DNA from: Verrucomicrobiota bacterium
GTDB lineage: Bacteria; Verrucomicrobiota; Verrucomicrobiia; Chthoniobacterales; UBA10450
Assembly: GCA_040003405.1 (NCBI GenBank)
Contig: JBDUCP010000001.1
Location: 1-33,053, forward strand
Length of the DNA stretch: 33,053 bases
Reading direction: 5' to 3'
Within the stretch, counting starts at the first letter, position 1. Each line of letters starts with the position of its first letter. The translations under genes and the position numbers were made by a program. The notes below the pieces were generated by a model. That model was given only the letters and a program-made list of their open reading frames with translations, was not told where the DNA came from and made no database searches. Below are positions 10,513-18,881 of the stretch, piece after piece.

Positions 10513-10959
10513 ATGAAAATCAATCATCTCATCTTCCTTCTCACCGTCGCGGCCGCACCCTCTCTTCGCGCAGGCCCAGCCGAGGAAAAAGCCTTCACCG
10601 ACAAATATAAAACCGCATTCGAGGCGAAGGACACCGCCACGCTCGAATCGTTCCTCTACACGCAAGGAGCCGACCCGGAGATTGTCGGTTTCTTCAAAAT
10701 GATGCAATCGGGTGAGGCTGGCGGAAAAATTTCCAAGATCGAATTGGTCAACCTTTCGCCCGAGGAGGCGGCGAAGGCGGCGGCATCACAGGACTCACCG
10801 TCCGGCGGCAAAGTTTGCCTCACGCTCAAACCCACCAAAAAGCTGGTCATCGCGATCGAGAAGAAAGACGAAAACGGCAGCTCCAGCAGCACGAGCGAAA
10901 ATATGGTAGCGGAAAAAGACGGCAAGTTCGTCATACCGGTTCCGGGTCCGTGTAAATAA
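10513..10959 (+). CDS. secreted hypothetical protein
   Basis: 148 aa with a signal peptide (MKINHLIFLLTVAAAPSLRAG). No recognisable domain. Divergent from sucC. Confidence 0.45.
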   Translation: MKINHLIFLLTVAAAPSLRAGPAEEKAFTDKYKTAFEAKDTATLESFLYTQGADPEIVGFFKMMQSGEAGGKISKIELVNLSPEEAAKAAASQDSPSGGKVCLTLKPTKKLVIAIEKKDENGSSSSTSENMVAEKDGKFVIPVPGPCK

Positions 10960-11041
10960 GCAGGCTGCTGCTCATTCGTTCCGTTGGTCTTCCGTTCGCG
11001 TGCGCTTGCAAATTGCGGCGTCAGCGGAAGGTTCGCGGCGC

Positions 11042-13000
11042 ATGCAAGGCGCGGCGGATCTAATTTCCATTTTCAACGGTGCAGTCGAATCCGGCGCGCT
11101 CCGTGAGTCGGCCCGCGCCAATATCACCGCTTTGCTCGATGGTTCGGATGCGCCGCTCTACGCGGCCTCCGTGCGCGAGCTGGCCGATGCCGGCGCGTGG
11201 GAGGAATTGAACGATCGTTTTTACAAGACGCTCGCTTTCGGCACCGGCGGTTTGCGCGGCCGCACCATCGGCCAGGTGGTGACGAAAGCAGAGCACGGAA
11301 ATTCGCGGCCTAACGACCCACCCGAGCATCCCTGCGTTGGCACGAACGCGATGAATTTCTATAACATCAACCGCGCCACGCGCGGATTGGTCGCGTACTT
11401 GAAACTATGGAACGCGAAAGAAAAACCCAAGCTCGTGATCGCACACGACACCCGATTTTTTTCGAAAGAATTTGCCGTTCGCGCCGCAAACATTGCCGCG
11501 GAAAATGGCTGCGACGCATTCGTGTTCGATGGTCCACGTTCCACGCCTGAGCTTTCCTTCGCGGTCCGCTATCTTCGCGCGAGCGCGGGCATCGTCATCA
11601 CGGCAAGTCACAATCCGCCGCATGACAACGGCTACAAAGTTTACTTCGACGACGGCGCGCAAGTGATCGAACCGCACGCGAGCGGTATCATCGCGAAGGT
11701 AAACGCTATCACGAGCGAAAGCTTCACGCCCATCTCGCAGGATCAAAAAGGCGAAGTGAAAACCCTCGGCGCCGCGATCGATGAAGCTTACATGGAGCGA
11801 CTGGAAACGCTGCTGCTCGATCGCAAGATTATCGGAGCGGCCAACTCGTTAGGCATTGTCTTCACACCGTTACACGGCACCGGCGGCGTGATCATCAAAC
11901 CGATGCTGAAACGTCTTGGCTTCAATTTTCAAGTTGTCTCGCAGCAGGACCAATTCGATGGCGCTTTTCCCACCGTCCAATCACCGAATCCGGAAAATGC
12001 AGAAGCGTTGCGGCTCGGGGTCGAACTGGCGGAAAAGGAGGGAGCTGATCTCGTGGTTGCGACCGATCCCGATTGCGATCGCGTCGGTGTCGCGGTTCGC
12101 AATAGCGTCGGGAAAATGCAGTTGCTCACGGGCAATCAGATGGGCTCGCTGCTCGCCTATTACCGCGCGAAGAAACTTTTCGAACTCGGCATACTTAACC
12201 AGGAGAACGCCTCGCGGGGAGTGATCATCAAGACTTTCGTCACTACCGACCTCCAGAAAGCAATCGCGCAGCATTACGGTTTGCGCTGCGTCGAGACGTT
12301 GACGGGCTTCAAATACATCGGCGCGAAGCTGGGGAAATATGAGAACGCGTTGCCAGCGAATGTGCGCGAAAATTATCGCGATTTGTCGGAAGCGGAGACA
12401 CGCCGGCTGCGGCTGGCACAATCTTCCTTCTACGTTTTCGGCGGGGAAGAAAGTTACGGCTACAGTGGCGCTGATTTTGTGCGCGATAAGGACGGCAACG
12501 GCGCCGCTCTCATGTTTTGCGAAGTGGCCGCTTATGCCAAGTCGCTTGGCCTAACGATTGACGCGCTGCTCGATGAAATTTTTTCGGAGCTCGGCTACTT
12601 CGAGGAAAAAAACCGCTCGCTTACGTTTGCAGGCGCGGAGGGCGCCGAGACGATAAAGCGGTTGCTCGCGTCGTATGTAAGCGCTCCACCGCGCGAAATG
12701 AACGGAGCGAAAGTTATCCGGGTGCAAAACTTCGGAACCGAAATTTTTCGCGATGTGGAGGGCGACGAAATTCCGAAAGAGAAAATGTTGATTTTCGAGC
12801 TGGAGGATCGGACGCGGATCGCGGTGCGCGGTTCCGGCACCGAACCAAAAATCAAATATTACCTGTTTGCGGAACGGCGTCCGGCGCGCGAAAAATTTAC
12901 CGCGGCCGAATTAGCCGCGCACAAGCAGGAAGTCAGCGCGCGACTCGACCAGGTTTGGGATTCGATCCAGCAAGATGCCGCCGCCCGCGCCGAAACATAA
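11042..13000 (+). CDS. phosphoglucomutase/phosphomannomutase family protein (PgcA-like, alpha-D-phosphohexomutase)
   Basis: Has the active-site loop TASHNPPHDNGYKVY, the metal-binding loop ATDPDCDRVG, and GEESYG and RGSGTEPKIK near the C-terminus. The ORF opens at 11000; I prefer the Met at 11042 (MQGAADLISIF...). Confidence 0.85.
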   Translation: MQGAADLISIFNGAVESGALRESARANITALLDGSDAPLYAASVRELADAGAWEELNDRFYKTLAFGTGGLRGRTIGQVVTKAEHGNSRPNDPPEHPCVGTNAMNFYNINRATRGLVAYLKLWNAKEKPKLVIAHDTRFFSKEFAVRAANIAAENGCDAFVFDGPRSTPELSFAVRYLRASAGIVITASHNPPHDNGYKVYFDDGAQVIEPHASGIIAKVNAITSESFTPISQDQKGEVKTLGAAIDEAYMERLETLLLDRKIIGAANSLGIVFTPLHGTGGVIIKPMLKRLGFNFQVVSQQDQFDGAFPTVQSPNPENAEALRLGVELAEKEGADLVVATDPDCDRVGVAVRNSVGKMQLLTGNQMGSLLAYYRAKKLFELGILNQENASRGVIIKTFVTTDLQKAIAQHYGLRCVETLTGFKYIGAKLGKYENALPANVRENYRDLSEAETRRLRLAQSSFYVFGGEESYGYSGADFVRDKDGNGAALMFCEVAAYAKSLGLTIDALLDEIFSELGYFEEKNRSLTFAGAEGAETIKRLLASYVSAPPREMNGAKVIRVQNFGTEIFRDVEGDEIPKEKMLIFELEDRTRIAVRGSGTEPKIKYYLFAERRPAREKFTAAELAAHKQEVSARLDQVWDSIQQDAAARAET

Positions 13001-13040
13001 GCTGCTCGACATCGCCGCAAAGAAGCGCACAGTTTTTTCC

Positions 13041-13352
13041 ATGGGTCGCGAAATCAAATTGGACGGAGGCGAGATCACGCACTTAAAAAAAATGGGTTTG
13101 TCCGGCGCTCCGGTGCTTGGGAAGTTGATCGATCGGATCCAGGAGATGGAGATGCCGAGTTTGCCCGAAACCCTCGTCGGCCTCATCGAGCAGGATTATA
13201 TCCTCTGCAGCCGAGTGAACATCCGTTTGATGGAGGATGTGGAAAAAGCATTTTTCCGGGTGAATCCATCGTGCGCGAAAGAACTGCGCGACGCCGTGGT
13301 CCCGGGTAAACGGCGTGAGCGCGAACGCGTCGTGCCGCAACGTCGCGGTTAG
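13041..13352 (+). CDS. small hypothetical protein
   Basis: The ORF 12975..13352 overlaps the pgm 3' end. The internal Met at 13041 (MGREIKLDGGEITHLKKMGLSG...) avoids that overlap. No family recognised; coding status is uncertain. Confidence 0.3.
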   Translation: MGREIKLDGGEITHLKKMGLSGAPVLGKLIDRIQEMEMPSLPETLVGLIEQDYILCSRVNIRLMEDVEKAFFRVNPSCAKELRDAVVPGKRRERERVVPQRRG

Positions 13353-13357
13353 GAGCG

Positions 13358-15031
13358 GTGGCTGGCTGGAGTAAAGCGCTGCGGGTTTGGCCGTGGCTTG
13401 CCGCGATCACGACCGGCTTCTTGTGTGCCGGCTGTTTCCCGCCATTCGAGCAAGGCTGGCTCTGCTGGATCGCGCTCATTCCGCTGCTCGGGGCGATCTG
13501 GTTTTCCGGGGCAGACTCAAGACGCCGCTGGCTGCGCGATCTCTTCCTCGGTTATCTCGCTGGCCTCGCCTTTTTCTGGACCGTGTTTTTCTGGCTGCGC
13601 ACCGTCACGGTGCCCGGGCTGATCCTGGTAGGATTTTACATGGCGATCTACTTCGCCGCCTGGAGCTGGTTTTGCGGATGGCTGCGGCCATCGTTGCGCG
13701 CGGCCCCGGCGCCGGCGAGTCGCTGGGCCACGCCCCGGCCTAACGAGTCCCCGCTCGGCCGCTCGCCCTGGCTGCGCTCGACTAATAACCTGCGCCTGGC
13801 CTTCCTCCTCGCCAGCGCCTGGGTCACACAGGAATGGTTGCGCAGCATCGTTTTCTCTGGGTGGGGTTGGAACACTCTTGGCCATTCCCTGCATGCGCAA
13901 TTAGGCGTCATCCAAATCGCCGAGTACACTGGCGTCGCCGGTCTCTCGTTTCTGGTGGCGTGGACGAATGTCATTCTGCTCAGCACCGCGCGCCGTTTTC
14001 TGCTAGAGCTGGAGGTGCGTCCGCTGCGGCCGCATTTCGATTTTACGCTCACCATGGCTGGCATCGTCGGTGTCATGGGCTTCGGCGTGCACGCCCTACA
14101 GACTCAGCGTCCCGGCCAGAAGGTGAACATCGCGCTGGTGCAATCGAACATCCCACGCGAACACAAATTCGATCCCGCCTTCGCGCACACGGTTTTCGAG
14201 CAATTCGAACGGCTCAGTGCTCCGGCCCTGCGCGCGGCGATCCCGCCCGATCTTATCGTCTGGCCGGAAAGTTCGATGCCGGGTCCCGTGCTGCAGGACG
14301 AGCAAAGTTATCGCTTCGTCATGGATTTCTCGGCGTCAGCTAAAATCGATCTGCTTCTCGGCACCATCGACCAGGATGAAACGAAGGCCTACAACGCCGC
14401 CCTGCTCGTCTCGCAGGCCGGCCAGCGCGTGCAGCTTTATCGCAAGGTCCATCTGGTGCCGTTCGGCGAGTACGTCCCGGGCCGGCATTTTATTCCGTTG
14501 CTTGCCCGCATCGTTGGCGATCAGGTGCCGGACGATTTTGCGTTCGGCGCGGAGCACACCGTTTTTGGCCTAACGAACGGCGAAGTGCGGGCCGCGCCGC
14601 TCATTTGTTTTGAAGATACGATCGGCGAATTGACCCGGCAGTTTATTCTCGGCGGAGCGAACCTGCTCGTTAATGTGACGAACGACGGCTGGTTTCTCCG
14701 CACCGCCGCCGCCCGCCAACACCTGGCCAATGCCGTCTTTCGTTGTGTCGAAACGCGCTGCCCACTCGTGCGGGCGGCCAACACCGGCGTCACCTGTTTC
14801 GTCAATGAGTACGGCCGCGTCACGCAACAGTTGCTCGACGAAAACGGCAGCCAGTTTACCGAGGGCGTGCTGACCGATGAAGTGTTGGTGCCGATCAAGC
14901 AAGAGTTGACCTTCTACGTCCGTCACGGCGAACTTTTCGCTGCGGGCTGTATCGGTGTTACACTGGCTGCGTTGGCGGTCGTTGCCTCGCACCGGCTCGT
15001 TAGGCGAAAATCGCCTGTTGCTTCCAATTAA
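13358..15031 (+). CDS. lnt: apolipoprotein N-acyltransferase
   Basis: 557 aa with multiple N-terminal TM helices and a C-terminal CN-hydrolase domain carrying the Glu/Lys/Cys triad contexts (LIVWPESS, YRKVHLVPFGEYVP, APLICFEDT). Confidence 0.85.
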   Translation: MAGWSKALRVWPWLAAITTGFLCAGCFPPFEQGWLCWIALIPLLGAIWFSGADSRRRWLRDLFLGYLAGLAFFWTVFFWLRTVTVPGLILVGFYMAIYFAAWSWFCGWLRPSLRAAPAPASRWATPRPNESPLGRSPWLRSTNNLRLAFLLASAWVTQEWLRSIVFSGWGWNTLGHSLHAQLGVIQIAEYTGVAGLSFLVAWTNVILLSTARRFLLELEVRPLRPHFDFTLTMAGIVGVMGFGVHALQTQRPGQKVNIALVQSNIPREHKFDPAFAHTVFEQFERLSAPALRAAIPPDLIVWPESSMPGPVLQDEQSYRFVMDFSASAKIDLLLGTIDQDETKAYNAALLVSQAGQRVQLYRKVHLVPFGEYVPGRHFIPLLARIVGDQVPDDFAFGAEHTVFGLTNGEVRAAPLICFEDTIGELTRQFILGGANLLVNVTNDGWFLRTAAARQHLANAVFRCVETRCPLVRAANTGVTCFVNEYGRVTQQLLDENGSQFTEGVLTDEVLVPIKQELTFYVRHGELFAAGCIGVTLAALAVVASHRLVRRKSPVASN

Positions 15032-15960
15032 TGAATAACGGATTTGCCATCTACGTGCGCGGATTGCACAAATCGTATGGCGATTTTGAAGCTGTCAAAG
15101 GCATCGATTTCGAAGTGCAGGCAGGCGAAGTCTTCGGCTTGCTCGGACCGAATGGCGCGGGCAAAACCACCACGGTCGAAATTCTCGAAGGCTTGCGACC
15201 GCGCACTGCGGGCGAAGTGACAGTGCTCGGGTTCGATCCCGATCGGCAAAAGAAAAAATTGAAGGACCGCATCGGCGTCTGTCTGCAGGCGACCAACCTG
15301 GCCGATAAGATCACGGTCACCGAATCGCTCAAACTTTTCGCGTCTTTCTACACCCGTTCGGTCGAGGGTGAGACATTGCTCAAGCGCTTGCAGCTCTGGG
15401 ACAAAAAAGATGCGGCCTACGCGACCTTATCCGGCGGGCAGAAACAGCGCCTCGCCCTCGCGCTCGCCTTGATTAACGATCCGCAAATGCTGTTTCTGGA
15501 CGAGCCGACAACCGGGCTCGACCCGCAGGTGCGCCTGGAGATTCGCGACTTGATCGATCAACTGCGCGCGGAGAAGCGCACGATCCTGATGACGACGCAT
15601 TACATAGAGGAGGCGGAACGATTATGCGACCGCGTCGCCATTATCGACGCCGGGCAGATCATCGCTCTCGGCACGCCGCGCGAGCTTCAGGAAAAAAGCG
15701 CGAATCAATCCGCCATCGAACTCCGCTTCACCCAACCGTGGCGCGGCGGATCACTCCCGGATTGGCCAGAGGCCGGCCGCAGCCTGCTCAGCCACGACGG
15801 GTGCCATATTAAAGTCACCTCCGCACGTCCCGCGCGCACGCTCGTGGAAATGGTGAAATGGACCGAAGCTCAAGGCATCGAACTGGAAGACGTGCGCCTG
15901 AATCGGCCCACCCTCGAAGATGTTTTCATCGAACTGACCGGGAAAAAATTGCGCGACTAA
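15031..15960 (+). CDS. ABC transporter ATP-binding protein (ABC-2/DrrA-like exporter ATPase)
   Basis: Has Walker A GPNGAGKTT, signature LSGGQKQRL and Walker B MLFLDEPTTGLD. Its start overlaps the lnt stop (TAATG). Confidence 0.9.
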   Translation: MNNGFAIYVRGLHKSYGDFEAVKGIDFEVQAGEVFGLLGPNGAGKTTTVEILEGLRPRTAGEVTVLGFDPDRQKKKLKDRIGVCLQATNLADKITVTESLKLFASFYTRSVEGETLLKRLQLWDKKDAAYATLSGGQKQRLALALALINDPQMLFLDEPTTGLDPQVRLEIRDLIDQLRAEKRTILMTTHYIEEAERLCDRVAIIDAGQIIALGTPRELQEKSANQSAIELRFTQPWRGGSLPDWPEAGRSLLSHDGCHIKVTSARPARTLVEMVKWTEAQGIELEDVRLNRPTLEDVFIELTGKKLRD

Positions 15961-16616
15961 AGCACGCCGACCGCGCGCGAGATCAGGAGAATGACGATGC
16001 TCAGCGAAATAAAAACCTGCAGCATGGTGAGACACTTGGCCCAGCGCGCGAGCAACGGCGCGTCGGTGGGGCCGAAGGTGGAACTCTGCGTAAAGGCGAC
16101 GAAAAGATAATCGACGAAGCGCGGGCGCCACTGCTCGCAGGCGAACCTCCCGCGCTCGTCTCTCTCCATTTGCATTTGGGGGAATAGAAAACTGCGGCTG
16201 CCAAACTCGCGGCGCTGGTGGCGAACGGTCGGCCCGCCACCGTCCAATCGCCAATACCAAAGGGCGAAAACGAGCACGTTCGTTATCCAAAGCGCCGCTC
16301 CGGAGCCGAGCAGGCGCAGCGGCTCTTCCTTATGCGACGGCAACGCCTTCACCAGCAGCCCCACCGATCCAATCAAGGCGAGCGTAATGATGGCATTAAT
16401 AACAAGTCCCAGCGCGCGATTGAGGGAGCGCCTGCCCGTGCGATGCGACACCACCGTTGGGATAAGAAGAACTAAAATCAAACTCGGCAACAGCCAGGTG
16501 GGACCGATGATGAGCGACTGCGGCAGCGCCAGATAAATTCCGCCGACAGCGATGAACGCAAGCAGTGCCTGCCAGCGCGGTTCGGGTTTATCGAGATGAT
16601 GCGGCGCATTCGACAC
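15957..16616 (-). CDS. DUF1345-like integral membrane protein
   Basis: Contains LWITNVLVFALWYWRLDGGGP, FLFPQ, FVDYLFVAFTQSSTFGPTD and a C-terminal SRAVGVL, the pattern I associate with DUF1345. The ATG ORF extends to 16733 but would then overlap the divergent permease start. A GTG at 16616 (VSNAPHHLDKPE...) gives about 219 aa. Confidence 0.6.
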   Translation of the reverse strand: MSNAPHHLDKPEPRWQALLAFIAVGGIYLALPQSLIIGPTWLLPSLILVLLIPTVVSHRTGRRSLNRALGLVINAIITLALIGSVGLLVKALPSHKEEPLRLLGSGAALWITNVLVFALWYWRLDGGGPTVRHQRREFGSRSFLFPQMQMERDERGRFACEQWRPRFVDYLFVAFTQSSTFGPTDAPLLARWAKCLTMLQVFISLSIVILLISRAVGVL

Positions 16617-16680
16617 GAATTGGCTATAACAGGAATTGCACGCGGCGCGAGGGCAAGCGATAGAAGTGTGGCATCGATCG

Positions 16681-18879
16681 ATGAAAAGTTTTTTCGCCCT
16701 CATCCAGATCGATCTCAAGCTGGCGCTGCGCAATCGCGCGGTGATTTTCTTTAACTACTTCTTCCCGCTCATTTTCTTTTTTATCTTCGCGCAACTCTTC
16801 GACGCGAAGCAGGGCGCGGTCATCAATCAGGTGGTGACGATGGTGCTGGCGCTCGGCATTCTCGGCAATGGCCTCTATGGCGCGGGCATGCGCGCGGTGA
16901 TGGATCGCGAGGCAGATGTCCTGCGCCGATACAAGGTCACACCGATCACGCCAGTGCCGCTACTGGTGGCGTCGATCATCACCGGCATGATCCTATACTT
17001 GCCGGCGGTGATCCTGACGCTGGTGCTGGCGAACCGCTTTTACGGAATGCTGGTACCGGCCAATCTGTTGTCGTTTCTGATTTTTGTCAGCATCGGCGCG
17101 ATCGCCTTTCGCGCGATCGGACTCATCGTGGCCGCAGTGGTGAATTCGTCGCAGGAAAGCAACATGCTCATTCAGCCGCTCTACATGGGAATGTTATTCC
17201 TCAGCGGGATCACGATTCCGATCACGGTTTTCCCGAGCTGGCTTCAAGTGGTGACACAATTTATTCCGGCGACCTATCTGATGACGGGCATGGCCGGCAT
17301 TCTCCAGCGCGGCGAAACGCTCTGGCATAATTGGCCGTCGGCCCTTGCCCTGATGGTGACGGCTGTGATCGGCACTTTCATCGCGACGAAGCTTTTTCGC
17401 TGGGAAAAAGGAGAGAAGCTCCGGGGCTCGGCCAAACTCTGGGTGCTGGTCGCACTACTGCCGTTTGTGTTGCTCGGGACGTATCAGGCATGGAGCCGCG
17501 AGGACCTGGTGAAGGCGAAGATTCTGGCGCGTGATGTGAAGCGCGGACGTTCGTGGCTAATTCAGAATGCGCGCATTTTTGTGGGCGATGGCAAGGTGAT
17601 CGAATCGGGCAGCGTGCTCGTTAGGCAGGGAAAAATCGCCGAGATTTATGAGGGACCGGCGCCCGAAGCCAGGTCGCTCAACGCCGAGCCGATCGAAGCC
17701 GCGGGCAAAACCGTGCTGCCGGGATTGATCGATGTGCACGTGCATCTCGGCGCGCCCGGCGGTTTCTATGACGACGCAAACAAGTACGGCGATCCGAAAA
17801 ATGCGGAACGGGAACTGGAAGCCTATTTGTATTGCGGCGTCACGGCGGTGCGCAGCGCGGGCGATGCGCTCGATGGCATGGTAAAGCTGCGCCAAAAATT
17901 TGGCACCGGCGAAAAGCTCGGAACTGAATTATTTTTTTGCGGCCCGCTCTTCACCGCGGAAGGCGGACACGGCACCGAGTATTTCAAGAATGTGCCGGAG
18001 GCATTTCGCTCCAGATTGCTCGCGGGATTTGTGCGTCTGCCGAAGAGCGCGGAGGAAGGGCGCACACAGGTGGATGAATTGGCGCACGCCGGAGTCAATG
18101 CCATAAAAGGCATTCTGGATGCGGGCGTGCCGGGGCATTCCTTCAATCGCATGGACGTGGAAATTTTGCGCGCGGTCGCCGATGAAGCTCATGCGCGGCA
18201 ATTGCCGGTGGCTGTTCACACCGCGGACAATCGCGACGTGGCGGATGCGATCAGCATCGGCGCGAATTCGATCGAACATGGTTCCTTCAGCGAGGAAATT
18301 CCCGACGAAGCATTCGCGCAGATGAAAGCGAAAGGCATCGCCTACGATCCGACGATGAGTGTGGTCGAAGGTTTCACAAACTTCGCCAGGAGCGACACGA
18401 CATTGCTGAAGCGTTCGCTCGTGCAGCAAGTCGCGCCGAAGGATTTGCTGGCCGGGACAGAAAACGCCGCGCGCAGCGATCAATTTAAGGCCCTGCGCGA
18501 GGGCATCAGTCATTACCCGATGTCGCTTGAAATCGGCGGCAAGAATTTAATGAAGGCCTGGCGCGCGGGTGTGATGCTCGTGACCGGCTCCGATGCTGGA
18601 AATTTTCTGGTGATGCACGGGCCGACGGTGCAGCACGAAATTGAACTTTGGGTTGCGGCCGGAATCCCAATCGACATCGCGCTCCAAGCCGCCACCTCCA
18701 ATGGCGCGAAATTATTGCGCGCCGATTCGCGCACCGGCACGATCGAAAAAGGGAAAGAAGCAACCTTGTTTGTCGTGGATGGCAATCCGCTTCAGGACGT
18801 ACACGCGCTCTCTTCCATTTCGATTGTGCTCATGAAAGGCGAACGCGTCATACGCCCCGATCTGTTCGAGCAAAAATAG
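16681..18879 (+). CDS. fusion protein: ABC-2 type transporter permease (N-terminal ~270 aa) + metal-dependent amidohydrolase (COG1228-like, C-terminal ~450 aa)
   Basis: The N-terminal half has 6 hydrophobic helices typical of ABC-2 permeases plus a 7th helix (AKLWVLVALLPFVLLGTYQAW). The C-terminal half has the amidohydrolase motifs LPGLIDVHVHLG (HxH), VAVHTAD, SIEHGSF and TGSDAGN. I take the start at the Met at 16681 (MKSFFALIQIDL...); the ORF opens at 16636. Confidence 0.75.
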   Translation: MKSFFALIQIDLKLALRNRAVIFFNYFFPLIFFFIFAQLFDAKQGAVINQVVTMVLALGILGNGLYGAGMRAVMDREADVLRRYKVTPITPVPLLVASIITGMILYLPAVILTLVLANRFYGMLVPANLLSFLIFVSIGAIAFRAIGLIVAAVVNSSQESNMLIQPLYMGMLFLSGITIPITVFPSWLQVVTQFIPATYLMTGMAGILQRGETLWHNWPSALALMVTAVIGTFIATKLFRWEKGEKLRGSAKLWVLVALLPFVLLGTYQAWSREDLVKAKILARDVKRGRSWLIQNARIFVGDGKVIESGSVLVRQGKIAEIYEGPAPEARSLNAEPIEAAGKTVLPGLIDVHVHLGAPGGFYDDANKYGDPKNAERELEAYLYCGVTAVRSAGDALDGMVKLRQKFGTGEKLGTELFFCGPLFTAEGGHGTEYFKNVPEAFRSRLLAGFVRLPKSAEEGRTQVDELAHAGVNAIKGILDAGVPGHSFNRMDVEILRAVADEAHARQLPVAVHTADNRDVADAISIGANSIEHGSFSEEIPDEAFAQMKAKGIAYDPTMSVVEGFTNFARSDTTLLKRSLVQQVAPKDLLAGTENAARSDQFKALREGISHYPMSLEIGGKNLMKAWRAGVMLVTGSDAGNFLVMHGPTVQHEIELWVAAGIPIDIALQAATSNGAKLLRADSRTGTIEKGKEATLFVVDGNPLQDVHALSSISIVLMKGERVIRPDLFEQK

Positions 18880-18881
18880 CA

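Noticed and set aside
11000-11041. The upstream ATG at 11000 as the phosphoglucomutase start.
   Set aside because: The first 14 codons (MRLQIAASAEGSRR) add a non-conserved-looking extension. The Met at 11042 is more consistent with homologue N-termini. This rests on recollection of the family only, so confidence in the exact start is low.
18648-18881. An N-terminal extension of the nuclease ORF (ATG at 18648) overlapping the end of the amidohydrolase gene by 232 nt.
   Set aside because: The extension is Arg/His-rich with no protein-like features. A GTG at 18882, immediately after the upstream stop, yields a proper signal peptide directly preceding the S1/P1 N-terminal motif.
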